From Octopus vulgaris (lineage: Eukaryota): a stretch of 64,000 nucleotides of DNA. Where the stretch lies: positions 10,416,001 to 10,480,000 of the forward strand of contig OX597815.1 of NCBI GenBank assembly GCA_951406725.2, given 5' to 3'. The notes beneath the pieces were generated by a model. The model made no database searches. It saw nothing but the letters and a program-made list of their open reading frames with translations, and was not told the origin of the DNA. Both the position numbers and the translations under genes were made by a program. Shown here one piece after another: positions 1 through 11,309 of the stretch. The stretch's first letter is position 1; every line of letters starts with the position of its first letter.

Positions 1-183
1 TCCTGTTCTGGTCGAACAGATCAACGGGGTGGAAGAAGTGCTCGTCGATAGAGTAAATGTTTGATTGAACAGGATTATGTTTGTGGTAATATTATATACT
101 TTTTACAACTCACTCGAGAGAGAAGTTTCCATGCAGTACAAATATTTGTGTTCCTGCGTATGTAAGCGTATGTTTGTATGCGC

Positions 184-186
<3 letters not shown>

Positions 187-253
<67 letters not shown>
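187..253. repeat. (TG)n microsatellite
   Basis: Direct dinucleotide run. Confidence 0.95.
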
Positions 254-254
<1 letters not shown>

Positions 255-297
255 ATATAAATGTTAAATCGAGCTCTTTTATTTTAAAATATGATAA

Positions 298-400
298 GGC
301 AGCGAGCTGGCAGAACTATTAACACGCCGAACAAAATTGCTTAGCAGCATTTTGTCCGTGTTTTCGTTCTGAGTTCAAATTCCACCGAGGTTGACTTTAT
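298..400 (+). mobile_element. Truncated, diverged SINE family M (5' part)
   Basis: ggcagcgagctggcagaa...gttctgagttcaaattccaccgagg matches the head of the copy at 3275. Confidence 0.75.
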
Positions 401-748
401 GCGGAACAAATGATGGATTCAACAGACAAGCTGTTTGGTCAAAAGAACTGGAACAGGACTACTACCTGTATGTCGAGTTGCTCGATTAAAGGCGGCCGCA
501 GTCAAATGACTGAAACAAGTAAAAGACTAAAAGAGAGTAGCCTACCAGAGTATCATGTACAAATTATACACCGCGTCCACAAACTTTTGCATATTTGAAT
601 ATTCGCCATGTTCTTCGATGTCACTTATACCTCATATACGATTGTCTCTGTTGTAGTGACCATTAAGTCATCTGCTGTTGTAGCTATATGAACATCCAAT
701 CTCTGTCTAAGGGGATTGTGGAGTCTGTCAACTAATATTTTCTTTATA

Positions 749-1000
<252 letters not shown>

Positions 1001-1874
1001 ATACATATATCTACATGTATTTGTACGACATATATTTGAGTATGCATATCTGCGTGTATTTGTGTGGGTGTTTGAGTGTGGAGAGAGAGAGAAATGCAGA
1101 TAAATAGGCAAATAGATAAAAAAAAACAGGCTGAAATAGGTGGATAGATAGCTGGACGGTTATTCGTTATTGCTGTGATCTTCCAGCCGAAATTAATAAT
1201 GTTTAGTTTGAAAGTAACCAGCGGCCATGACTAATAACCACATGAAATATTAAACAGTTCCGGAAAGAGCGACCTCGTACATGTTGAATGCTTGTATAGA
1301 CTTTATTGATATCCGATGTCTGTCAGCAGATAAAATGTCTTGCGTGGAATCAAAGTGCTTCACTCTGTTAATCTATATTACTACTATAATACTACTTCAC
1401 AGATCACGGGTGGGAGATTGAAAGAGCCGTTTGAGCGTTTGACAAAGTGACTTGTAGTATTCAATTATAGCTCTTTACCGTTCAGAACTGAATTCATGCT
1501 GAAGTCGTCATAACTTTTGATCACTCTTGGGTCAATAAAATAATGAGTCACTCAAACACTGGGTTTGGTTTATATTCCTATAAGACATCCTGGATGCGAA
1601 TGGTATTTTCATAGAAAAACTAAAATGATAATGTAACTCATACACAAAATTAAAGCCTTGTGATCATGCTAAAAATCATTACAATTATCACCGAAGGACT
1701 TTGACTTGGGGGAGTCATTACGGCGTTGCTGTTATGTACTGACTTGATTTAACCAACTACGTCACTTCTCATAATGTATCGCCTTCTGCCAGTATAAGAT
1801 ATGGATATTCCTTAATTCATCGACCAAACATACTTGTACATTTTAGCGTTCGTTATTCAGTTATAAACTTGGGT

Positions 1875-2188
1875 TTTGTTGTTTTGTTTGTTCTTTCTCG
1901 AGCCACGCCTGGCTCATAAGGGCCGGTTTCCCGGTTTCCTTGGCGTATAGGTTCTTCACCTAGACGGGATGCCGGTCCGTCGCAGGTGAGCTGCAAGATG
2001 CAGGAGGAAAGAGTGAGAGAAAGTTGTGGCGAAAGAGTCAGCAGAAGTTTCGCCATTACCTTCTGCCGGAGCCACGTAGAGCTTAGGTGTTTCGCTCATA
2101 AACGCACACATCGCCCGGTCTGAGATTCGAACCCGCGATTCCTCGACCGCGAGTCTGCTGCTCTAACCACTAGACCATGTGCCTCCTC
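1875..2188 (-). mobile_element. tRNA-head SINE family A with tail type C (V-domain-like)
   Basis: Minus strand has A/B-box head (tggtctagtggtta / ggttcgaatctc), body cctgcgacggaccggcatcccgtc, (caa)-rich tail; TSD ataaacttgggt at 1863-1874 and 2189-2200. Confidence 0.9.
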
Positions 2189-2577
2189 ATAAACTTGGGT
2201 AAGTTTCTCAATTGAAATACTCGTAAACACGATAATAAAGAGTGTGGTGGCTGTCAGAATTACAACGGTCGGTCTGTCTTTCTTTTCTCCAATAAAGAAT
2301 GTTACAAATACCTCGGAGGTGATGAAAATATTGCGTGTGTTGGCGCTGTAAGTAAAGCAAAACTATCAAAAGAATGCTCCCGAAAATTTCGAAAGATTTG
2401 GAAGCCAGAGCTGTTCACATTTAATCAAACTATTTCCTACAAGGCTTTCTCATTATGCATTGTAGTACCAAGATTTTAGCAGAAACTTTGAGAACTATTC
2501 ATCAAACCAAAGGTTTGCATGAATAAGCATCCCTCAAACTGGAGAATACAAACAATATTGCCAAGAAAAGAAGGGGG

Positions 2578-2955
2578 CAACGTTAGCACGCCGGGCGAAA
2601 AGCTTAGCGGTATTTCGTCTGCGTTACGTTGTGAGTTCAAATTCCGCCGAGGTCGACTTTACCTTTCATCCTTTCGGGGTCGATAAATTAAGTACCAGTT
2701 ATGCACTGGGGTCGATGTAATCGACTTAATACCTATGTCTGTCCTTGTTTGTCCCCTCTATGTTTAGCCCCTTGTGGGTAGTAAAGAAATAGGTATTTCG
2801 TGTGTCTTTACGTTCCGAGGTCAAATTTCGCCGAGGTCAACTTTGCCTTTCATCCTTTCGGGGTCGATAAATTAAGTACCAGTTGCGTACCGGGGTCGAT
2901 CTAATCGGCTGACCCCTTCCTCAAACATTTCGGGCCTTGTGCCTAGAGTAGAAAT
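2578..2955 (+). mobile_element. SINE family M, tandem partial dimer
   Basis: Two successive copies of gagttcaaattccgccgaggtcgactt..cctttcatcctttcggggtcgataaattaagtaccag. Confidence 0.88.
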
Positions 2956-3274
2956 GAATATTGTCAGGAAAAGCTGTCTCACGCAGAAGACTACGTCTTT
3001 ACTATCCAGAAACATGAGACAGCTATTAAATATTTGACAAATGAGAGAAATAATAATGCCTCTATGCCTCCATGATTATGCCGTACCTGTGTAGTATGGT
3101 TCATAGCAGCTGTGAGAAAATGTCCTCAAAATATTGCCCTCCTATGTAATGGCATTGGTGTCAAAACTGTCTCCAATACTATCTACAAAAAAGGATGTCC
3201 TGATGACTACATTAAAGGCACGCTACAAGCAGAATTAAGCTACATCTTTAAAAATAAAGAATACTGACGGAGAA

Positions 3275-3500
3275 GGCGGCGAGCTGGCAGAACCGTTAGC
3301 ACGCCAGGCGAAATGCGTAGCCGTATTTCGTCTGCCGTTACGTTCTGAGTTCAAATTCCGCCGGGGTCGATTTTGCCTTTCATCCTTTCGGGGTCGATAA
3401 ATTAAGTACCAGTTACGCACTGGGGTCGATGTAATCGACTTAATCCCTTTGTCTGTCCTTGTTTGTCACCTCTATGTTTAGCCCCTTGTGGGTAATAAAA
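3275..3500 (+). mobile_element. SINE family M, full length
   Basis: ggcggcgagctggcagaa head, B-box gagttcaaattcc, central gcctttcatcctttcggggtcgataaattaagtaccag (resembles a conserved metazoan SINE central domain, recalled not searched), tail agccccttgtgggtaataaa. Confidence 0.9.
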
Positions 3501-3816
3501 AAACAGAAAAATAGCAACGCAGATAAGGAAAGAAAAAAGTCGTGCACTATTGCAGATCTCTGCTGCTTGATGGGTGTGAATAGTTCATCGAAGTTTGGGG
3601 AAAATGATTTATGAACAACTACAAAGACTCTTACTGTTCTTATATCCAAGTTGTGGTTTTCATTTGTATTTATTTCATATATGCACTAGGCTATGTGACA
3701 CAAAATTTGCATAAAAAGCTCACAAATACTGGTGTTCCTTCTGAAAGAACATTGGAGGGAGTCACCACTTGAGGTCTCTGAGCTGAATGCATACACACAT
3801 GCACATGGACATATGG

Positions 3817-3852
<36 letters not shown>

Positions 3853-4179
3853 CACACACCCCACACACACACTCTCACCCCCCACACACACGCACATAGA
3901 TAATCGTAATGAGGCACGCAAGCATACTTATGTCCTAAATGACATAATCACTCACTTACATAAACATAAGTTTATCCACGCACATACGTACACATACACT
4001 CACATACCAATCAATTCAGATATCCCCAAACACACCAAGAGCTGTCTTGATTAAACTAATGAGTCGTACCACTTTATTAGTGCCCTGCTTGAATTCTGCA
4101 AAACAAAAAGATAAATAAATAAATCTCAAAGAAATAACATCCATACTTACATACGTATATACATATACAAACACATATA

Positions 4180-4674
4180 TCTATATATATAAAACTGTAG
4201 TTGTGTGAGTGTCTGTCCCCTTCGATTTAGATTCCTAACTACTCCCACATTTTGCGGTGCAGTTTAACCAAATTCGGGTATCTTATAGTCGTGATTCATA
4301 TCGAGCCCGTCTGACTATTAGCGCGCGTCTACGATGAGTCTACGATTTTAAAAATAATTTAACATAATTTTTTATTCCATTTTAATGCATAATTTTTCGT
4401 GTGTCGATGGCGGTTACACCTGCAGCTGTTTGCTTCTCCTCCTTCTTCCCTCCCTCGTGAAGCTGTGGGGAAGGGAGTGTAAGGAAATCAACGTCGTAAA
4501 GCGTTGTCAAGGAGACCAGCGTTCTTTTAGAACAACGACTTCATGGCTTGAAGACACCAAAACAGAAATGGCTAAGAAAGCCCGAATTGGCATCAAAAAG
4601 GGAAGTAACTCTCTAAAAATGCTTATATAGTTATTTCCCTTACAAACCCGAGCAACGCCGGGCGATACTGCTAG
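4180..4674 (+). mobile_element. Non-autonomous Helitron
   Basis: Starts A|TC(tatatatataaaact), ends cccgagcaacgccggg hairpin + CTAG|T, no TSD; same termini at 41383 and 59558. Confidence 0.88.
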
Positions 4675-4725
4675 TGTATATATATAACGATGGTGTAGGA
4701 GACGGGTAGTGGTGATGGTGATAAT

Positions 4726-5354
4726 GGATGGAAGCACTCCGTCGGTTGCGACGACGAGGGTTCCGGTTGATCCGAATCAACGGAACAGCCTGCTCGTGAA
4801 ATTAACGTGTAAGTGGCTGAGCACTCCACAGACACGTGTACCCTTAACGTAGTTCTCGGAGATATTCAGCGTGACACAAAGAGTGACAAGGCCGGCCCCT
4901 TGAAATACAGGTACAACAGAAACAGGAAGTAAGAGTGAGAGAAAGTTGTGGTGAAAGAGTACAGCAGGGATCACCACCATCCCCTGCCGGAGCCTCTTGG
5001 AGCTTTAGGTGTTTTCGCTCAATAAACACTCACAACGCCTGGTCTGGGAATCGAAACCGCGATATTATGACCGCGAGTACCCTTAACGTAGTTCTCGGGG
5101 ATATTCAGCGTGACACAGAGAGTGACAAGGCCGGTCCCTTGAAATACAGGCACAACAGAAACAGGAAGTAAGAGTGAGAGAAAGTTGTGGTGAAAGAGTA
5201 CAGCAGGGATCACCACCATCCCCTGCCGGAGCCTCGTGGAGCTTTTAGGTGTTTTCGCTCAATAAACACTCACAACGCCTGGTCTGGGAATCGAAACCGC
5301 GATCCTATGACCGCGAGTCCGCTGCCCTAACCACTGGGCCATTGCGCCTCCACA
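4726..5354 (-). mobile_element. SINE family A, tail type A, with internal tandem duplication
   Basis: tRNA-like head ggaggcgcaatggcccagtggttagggcagcggactcgcgg on minus; about 235-bp internal duplication; TSD atggtgataat 4715-4725 / 5355-5365. Confidence 0.9.
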
Positions 5355-6367
5355 ATGGTGATAATACAATATCACTGATTGTACATGGCGATGGTAATAT
5401 TGATAGTAGTAATAGTAGTAGTAGCTAAAGTGGTTGTGATTGTTTGCATTATTATTCCAATATCTTAGGGTTGTTTTTTCTTCTCTTCAGTGTTTGAGTC
5501 AAAATTCAATATTGCATTAATGTTTGACTTATTACACAGGACATGATTGAACAATGCGACTAAACGATGCGAAATCTATTGCCCTTCGTGGCATCCGCGA
5601 TTGGCTATTTCTCATTGCTGACACGCGTGAAATCTAGCCAATCAGCTCTCAGCATTGATAATTCTCTATTCCCACTTGTCTATCAACCGTACGCTAAAAT
5701 ATTTGACTTTTAAAAAATGTTTGTATTTCTGAAACAACTTGTGTCACGCTGCAAACACCAGATTTTTTTTTATTATGTCATTATTACTGTCTTACTTTTT
5801 TTATATCTACGTTTTTCGTTTTTTAAGATGGAGATAAATAAAATATTTCGAATGAATAGTATTATTCTAACCAACCCCACCTGCCTCTGCTATTAATCTG
5901 TTGGTAAATCAAGGCTGAGTGAAAACACCATTAATCGCTTCTGTTGAGAAATGAAGAGTCCCGGAATCGGAACAAAGTTATTTGATAACAAATATCCTAC
6001 TTCACTAAGCATTCCGAGGCTTGTTGTTTGCTTTACAAAGTCCCAGGAGTCGTCCGACATGATATTATCTCTATGGGATACATGTCTATTGAACTAAGCA
6101 ACAAATTATTATGTTTGAAAAATAACAAAACACCACACTGAAACAAAACACACCTTAGATACATAAAAGTTTTCTTCTTTCTTTTTTTTTTGTTTGTATC
6201 GGCAAACAGCCCAGCAACTTCCGTTTAACTGATGGACATTTGATAGCCAGCAGACTATCTTTAATGATATCTTCGGATTCGAGAAAGCAGACGATACGGT
6301 GTTTACATATGCCTGCTGTAACTGCAGTTGGCGATGATGTTGACGCTGCTACTGCTGCTGCTGAGGA

Positions 6368-6369
6368 TA

Positions 6370-6418
<49 letters not shown>

Positions 6419-6434
6419 CGACGACGACGATGAT
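6368..6434. repeat. (GAT/GAC)n microsatellite
   Basis: Direct repeat. Confidence 0.9.
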
Positions 6435-6793
6435 TATACTGTAGCTGCCGTTATAGATCTGATGTTTGTCTCAAGGGACAAAACACGGATACGCAACATG
6501 CTTGCATTAGCATTACGCATACATTTAACATTTTAACGCACACAGACATGCGTACTGACACACACATACGTACTGACACACAAATGCACTTATGCGTATA
6601 TATTCATGCATATGAGTATGTATGCTAGGCATACATTCGATATCTTGAGAAAAGTGTTCTCTACTACAGCCTCGGGTCGACCAAAGCCATTTCAGTGGAT
6701 TTGGTAGACGGAAGCTGGAAGAGGCCCGACACACACACACACGCACACACACACACATACACACACACGCACACACACACACACTCACACACA

Positions 6794-6890
<97 letters not shown>

Positions 6891-6960
6891 GAAATTAAAG
6901 AAGGAAAATGCATAAAGTATACGTAGTTTTAATATATTTTAAATAAATGAGTATTGTGGT

Positions 6961-6993
6961 TGCCGACCGGTTTCGCTTTCGTTGATCATGACA
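6961..6993 (-). ncRNA. Degenerate minimal hammerhead motif in pLTR (partner at 7685-7710, +)
   Basis: tgtc-ATGATCA-acgaaagc-GAAA-ccgg-TC-ggca; + copy tgtc-ATGATGA-gc-GAAA-ccgg-T-gaca; palindromic stem III ACCGGT. Confidence 0.55.
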
Positions 6994-7130
6994 TTGAAAT
7001 TATTGTACTTACGTATTTTCTTAAGAAGATAGTTCATGATCTTGTATAAAAGATTGTGAATGAAACAACAAGTAGAAAAATTTAAGAGGAGGGATATTGG
7101 TGATAATTATTACTCGAGAGGTTCACAGTT

Positions 7131-7435
7131 ATGACCAGCTTCCCTTGTGCATCCGAGAATTTAATTTGTGTTATATCTTGTTCAGGTTGTGGACATAACT
7201 ATGTAGGACAGATAAGTATGGCCCTTAGACGGAGAACCACACTACATAAGGAACAGATCCGTTTCCCAAAGTATAGACATGTACCTTTGAGTGAACACAT
7301 GGACGTATGCGCAGGGAATCTCCATCTAAATTTCTAAGTTTCCCCCATCAACCACTGCAAAGAAACAATTCCTGTACAACAACGTTTAAATAAAGAAAAC
7401 TTATTTATCAAAAAATACAGATCACGCCTAAATAT
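7131..7435 (+). pseudogene. PLE GIY-YIG endonuclease C-terminal fragment
   Basis: CASENLICVISCSGCGHNYVGQISMALRRRTTLHKEQI...SEHMDVC fits the PLE pattern C-S-N-IY-I-C-xx-C-YIG-T-L-R-H; downstream frame reads RLNKENLFIKKYRSRLN (typical E-xx-I-P-LN end). Stops and frameshift present. Confidence 0.82.
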
Positions 7436-7786
7436 GAACGCATCATCAACATTGGTCTCAGTATATATTTTAATTCATGATCACATATACATCATTGTAC
7501 ATATTTCATCTCACTACATTAGCTTATAATTTTCTGTGTGTTTATTTATCCCATCCCAAAAAGAGCAATTTCCTGCCCTGTCCAGAATAATAATTATCAC
7601 CAATTGCCTCCCACTTAAATTTTTCTACATGTTGATTCATTCACAAACATGTACCAAAATCTTCTAACAATACAATAATTTCAATGTCATGATGAGCGAA
7701 ACCGGTGACAACCACAATACGCTTTCATTTAAAATATATCAAAACTATGTAAACTGGGTGCATTTTCCTACTTTTATATATATATG

Positions 7787-7947
7787 GGCGCAGGCGTAGC
7801 TGTGTGTTAAGAAGTTTGCTTCACAATCACATGGTTCCACGTTCAAACTCGTTGCGTGGAACCTTGAGCAAGTATCTTCTACTATAGACTTGGGCCGACC
7901 GAAGCCTTGTGAGTGGATTTGGTAGATGGAAACCGAAAGAAAATCGT

Positions 7948-7950
<3 letters not shown>
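7787..7950 (+). mobile_element. SINE family C, 5' half
   Basis: ggcgcaggcgtagctgtgtg head, ccttgagcaagt CORE-like motif, gccttgtgagtggatttggtaga. Confidence 0.85.
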
Positions 7951-7991
<41 letters not shown>

Positions 7992-8088
7992 CACACACAC
8001 GCACACATATATACATATACATATATATATATATATATATATAATTAAAAATGAGGGTGTCTAAAAGACACCAACATTATCCTCATAT

Positions 8089-8158
<70 letters not shown>

Positions 8159-8164
8159 CACAGG

Positions 8165-8237
<73 letters not shown>

Positions 8238-8249
8238 GTATATAGATGT

Positions 8250-8870
8250 GTATGTATTTCGTTTGGCATGTTGTATGTCTTGTCTTTGTTACCAGCTTTC
8301 ACCTTCCGCAAATTCCAAATTTTATTTGGGTTCGCGGGAGGTACTGCCTCCAAAGCCATATCTTGTTGTTTGAATGCTCGAAATAAGGAGTAGAAGGACA
8401 GCCGACAACTGATGAACGGTCGTTTTTTTTATGTTACTTGTCTTGTTCTCTATTTGTTTCTTTCGTTCTTTGCGCACCCAACGTTATTTTCGTATTTCAT
8501 GTTGCTTACGTTTTGTGACGTCCTGTACCTATATATGCATACCTATACACACACATATGTAAGTATGTACATATGCGTGTATATATATATGCATTTTACC
8601 TTCGAAACGCGGAGTAGACGAAACGGGGGCGACTGAAGAAGGGGAATTTTCCTTGTGTTGTATGTCTGGTACCCTGTTTTTTTTCGTTGTTTAAAAGAAA
8701 TGTCCGTTTCCATGGTTCTGTTTTTATGTTTTCGTTTCTCATTGTGTTCGACGTTTTTTTGTGGTGTCCTGTACCTATATATGCATGTATATATACATAT
8801 AGATGTAGGTACGTACATATATGTATGTATATATGCATATGTTTTATTTATTATTTTGTTAGTATATATA
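8250..8870 (+). mobile_element. Two tandem pLTR-like units of the permuted-HHR family (about 8250-8590 and 8593-8870)
   Basis: Both share cGAAA..AGTAGA..CTGANGAA, a T-rich tract and gtcctgtacctatatatgcat; related to the direct repeats at 19466 and 20302; embedded in (TA)n. Confidence 0.7.
8356..8420 (+). ncRNA. Candidate non-circularly permuted hammerhead ribozyme
   Basis: ccata-TC(8361-62)-ttgttg...gctc-GAAA(8380-83)-taagg...cgacaa-CTGATGA(8409-15)-Acggt; stem I ttgttg/cgacaa, stem III ccataT/Ataagg. Confidence 0.6.
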
Positions 8871-8888
8871 TGTATATATATGTATATA

Positions 8889-8946
<58 letters not shown>

Positions 8947-8949
<3 letters not shown>

Positions 8950-9111
8950 CGAGCTTCTTTCAGTTTCCGTCTACCAAATTAACTCACAAAGGTTAGGTCG
9001 CCCTGAGGCTATATAGTAGAAGACACTTGCCCTAGGTGCCACGCAGTGGGACTGAATCCGGAACCATGTGGTTGGTAAGCAAGCTTCTTACCACACAGCC
9101 ACTCCTGCGCC
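8947..9111 (-). mobile_element. SINE family C, 5' half
   Basis: Reverse complement of the family C head. Confidence 0.87.
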
Positions 9112-9164
9112 TACATATATATATATATATATATCTTATAAATATATATATATATATATATATA

Positions 9165-9399
9165 AAGATATTATTGTTTACAGTAATAGCAAGTAGCATC
9201 GCATGCGTAAATAAATACCATAAGGTGAAAAATGATTAATTAATAATTAAGGATGCTACAAATCGTACCATGACGCTAAAAACAACAGTCAGAAGGCAAT
9301 TTCAATGAATGTGTATGAGTGAAAACTTTCGGTCGTAGTCATCCTTTGACTGCAATATTTAGCCTGCTGGTGCTATTTGTAGGACCCTTAATTATTAAT
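9165..9399. mobile_element. Short fold-back element with one-sided extension between microsatellites
   Basis: attaataattaagg..ctacaaat..acca (9238-9271) inverted to tggtgctatttgtaggacccttaattattaat (9368-9399); inner cagtcagaagg/cctttgactg. Confidence 0.5.
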
Positions 9400-9709
9400 A
9401 CACACACACACATATATACGCACACACACATACACACATGCACACATCCCATTATATATATGCACATCGTATACAGGGTCGCCTTAGCAGCATTCTAGGC
9501 TCCCGGGTGAATCAATGTACTGGGTCCTATGCTATTTATTTATTGACAGCAAGAGAAAGCATACTTAGATCAGAAGTGAGTCCCTAGATACACGTGGCCG
9601 TTGGGCGACTGCTCTATGTGTCTATATCGTATGACGGCACTGGTTGTATATACATATATGTGTGTGTTGTGGTATGTGTGTGTGTGCATGCGTAAATGAC
9701 TGTAAGTGT

Positions 9710-10165
9710 GCATGTATGTATGTATGTATGTATGTATGTATGTATGTATGTATGTATGTATGTATGTATGTATGTATGTATGTATGTGTGTATGTATGTG
9801 TGTATGTATGTATGTGTGTATGTATGTATGTATGTATGTATGTACGTATGTATGTATGTGTGTATGAATTATGTATGTATGTATGTACGTATGTATGTAT
9901 GTATGCATGCATGCATGTATATATGCATGTATGTATGTATGTGTGTATGTATTATGTATGTATGTATGTACGTATGTATGTATGTATATACGTATGTATG
10001 TATGTATGCATGTATGTATGTATGCATGTATGTATGTATGCATGTATGTATGTATGCATGTATGTATGTATGCATGTATGTATGTATGTATGTACGTATG
10101 TATGTATGTATGCATGTATGTATGTATGTATGTATGTATGTATGTATGTATGTATGTATGTATGT
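9710..10165. repeat. (TATG)n microsatellite
   Basis: Direct repeat; source of the MYVC/HTYI pseudo-ORFs. Confidence 0.95.
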
Positions 10166-10700
10166 GCTACTGGTAACATGTAACCCAGTATAACCTGTTG
10201 CACGGTCGGGTCGTCGGCGACTAAGCCGGCAACCCCACCGAGCTTGCTTGGTGAGGAGGGTATTTATTGGACACCCTTCGGGATGAAAAACAAAACCCGT
10301 CAAAGGGCGGAGGAACTCTTGAGAGTCAACGGCCACCCAATAAATGTTTTAAGGCTGTATCATGCACGGGGACATAGAAATAATCGGACTGAATACCCGA
10401 TCGCGCGGTTAAACCATTGGGAGTGAAGGACTCCTAGCATTTGTTAGGGTATCCTTCTAGGAGAAGGTAACTCAGGTAACTGGGATAACTCCGACATAAA
10501 ACCTGCGGCTCAGTGGTTACCGATGATGTTGACTTGTTCTTCTTTTCGGATTATGGCTGCTGTTGCTTAGTGAGTGGGATTGACTCAGTGCGCAGCCTTT
10601 CCTCACTTAAAAAAAAATCTTCTTACACAGGCATTGCACATTAACAACATTGATTAAGCTTCGTGCAATGGCCATACTCGATAACGACGGGGCAGCCACC
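10166..10700 (+). mobile_element. Non-autonomous RTE-derived bipartite element (5'UTR-like plus 3' end)
   Basis: GC-richer insert in (TATG)n; taggagaaggtaactc...aaacc motif resembles RTE 5'UTRs; 3' end ggccatactc...cagccaccat resembles the 3' end of the RTE at 21064 (ggtcaaactc...caaccaccat). Confidence 0.55.
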
Positions 10701-10879
10701 ATGTATGTATGTATGCATCTATGTATGTATGTATGTATGTATGTATGTATGGATGGATGGATGGATGGATGGATGAATGGATGGATGGGTGAATGAATGG
10801 ATGGATGTATGTATGTACGGGTTGGGTGGTTAGATATGATAGAGATAAAAAGGCGTTATTTAATGCATATGATGACGTG

Positions 10880-10955
10880 ATCACGTGACCGACCAGACCA
10901 TCAGATGTTGTTACACATCGCTGGTCACAATGCGTTCGCATTGTTTTAGCCTTCT
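10880..10955 (-). mobile_element. Fragment of SINE family A tail type D
   Basis: Reverse complement matches 60851-60925 (gaaggctaaaacaatg..gcgcattgtgacc..cgatgtgta..aacatctgat..ctggtcggtca). Confidence 0.75.
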
Positions 10956-10959
10956 TTCC

Positions 10960-11277
10960 ACCGTTTTTCTTTCCTTCTTTCCCTCTTTTTTCTTTCTTTC
11001 CCCCGTTTCCTTTCCTTTCCTTCTTTCCTCGTTTTTCTTTCCTTCTTTCCCTCCTTTTCTTTCCTTCTTTCCCTCCCTTTCTTTCCTTCTTTCCCTCCTT
11101 TTCTTTCCTTCTTTCCCTCGTCTTTCTTTCCTTCTTTCTCCCGTTTTTCTTTCCTTCTTTCCCTCCTTTTTCTTTCCTTCTTTCCCTCCTTTTCTTTCCT
11201 TCTTTTCCTCCTTTTTCTTTCTTTCTTTCCCTCCTGTTTTCCTTCTCTCCTTCTTTCCTCCTTTTTTCTTTCTTTTT

Positions 11278-11309
<32 letters not shown>

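Larger units (their letters stand above)
6891..7775 (+). mobile_element. 5'-truncated Penelope-like retroelement: inverted pLTR, GIY-YIG remnant, pLTR, in (TA)n
   Basis: About 6905-7111 is a diverged inverted copy of about 7590-7770; the internal region encodes a GIY-YIG fragment; TA runs on both sides. Confidence 0.82.

Noticed and set aside
4777-5219. Recurring small ORFs such as [28 protein letters not shown]
   Set aside because: They recur only because they lie in SINE copies.
5530-5900. gattggcta/tagccaatc inverted CCAAT-like motifs as a promoter
   Set aside because: No linked gene start; could equally be an old transposon remnant.
9570-10336. HTYI/MYVC/YLSI/IYIY repeat ORFs here and throughout the window
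   Set aside because: Translations of tetra- and dinucleotide microsatellites.
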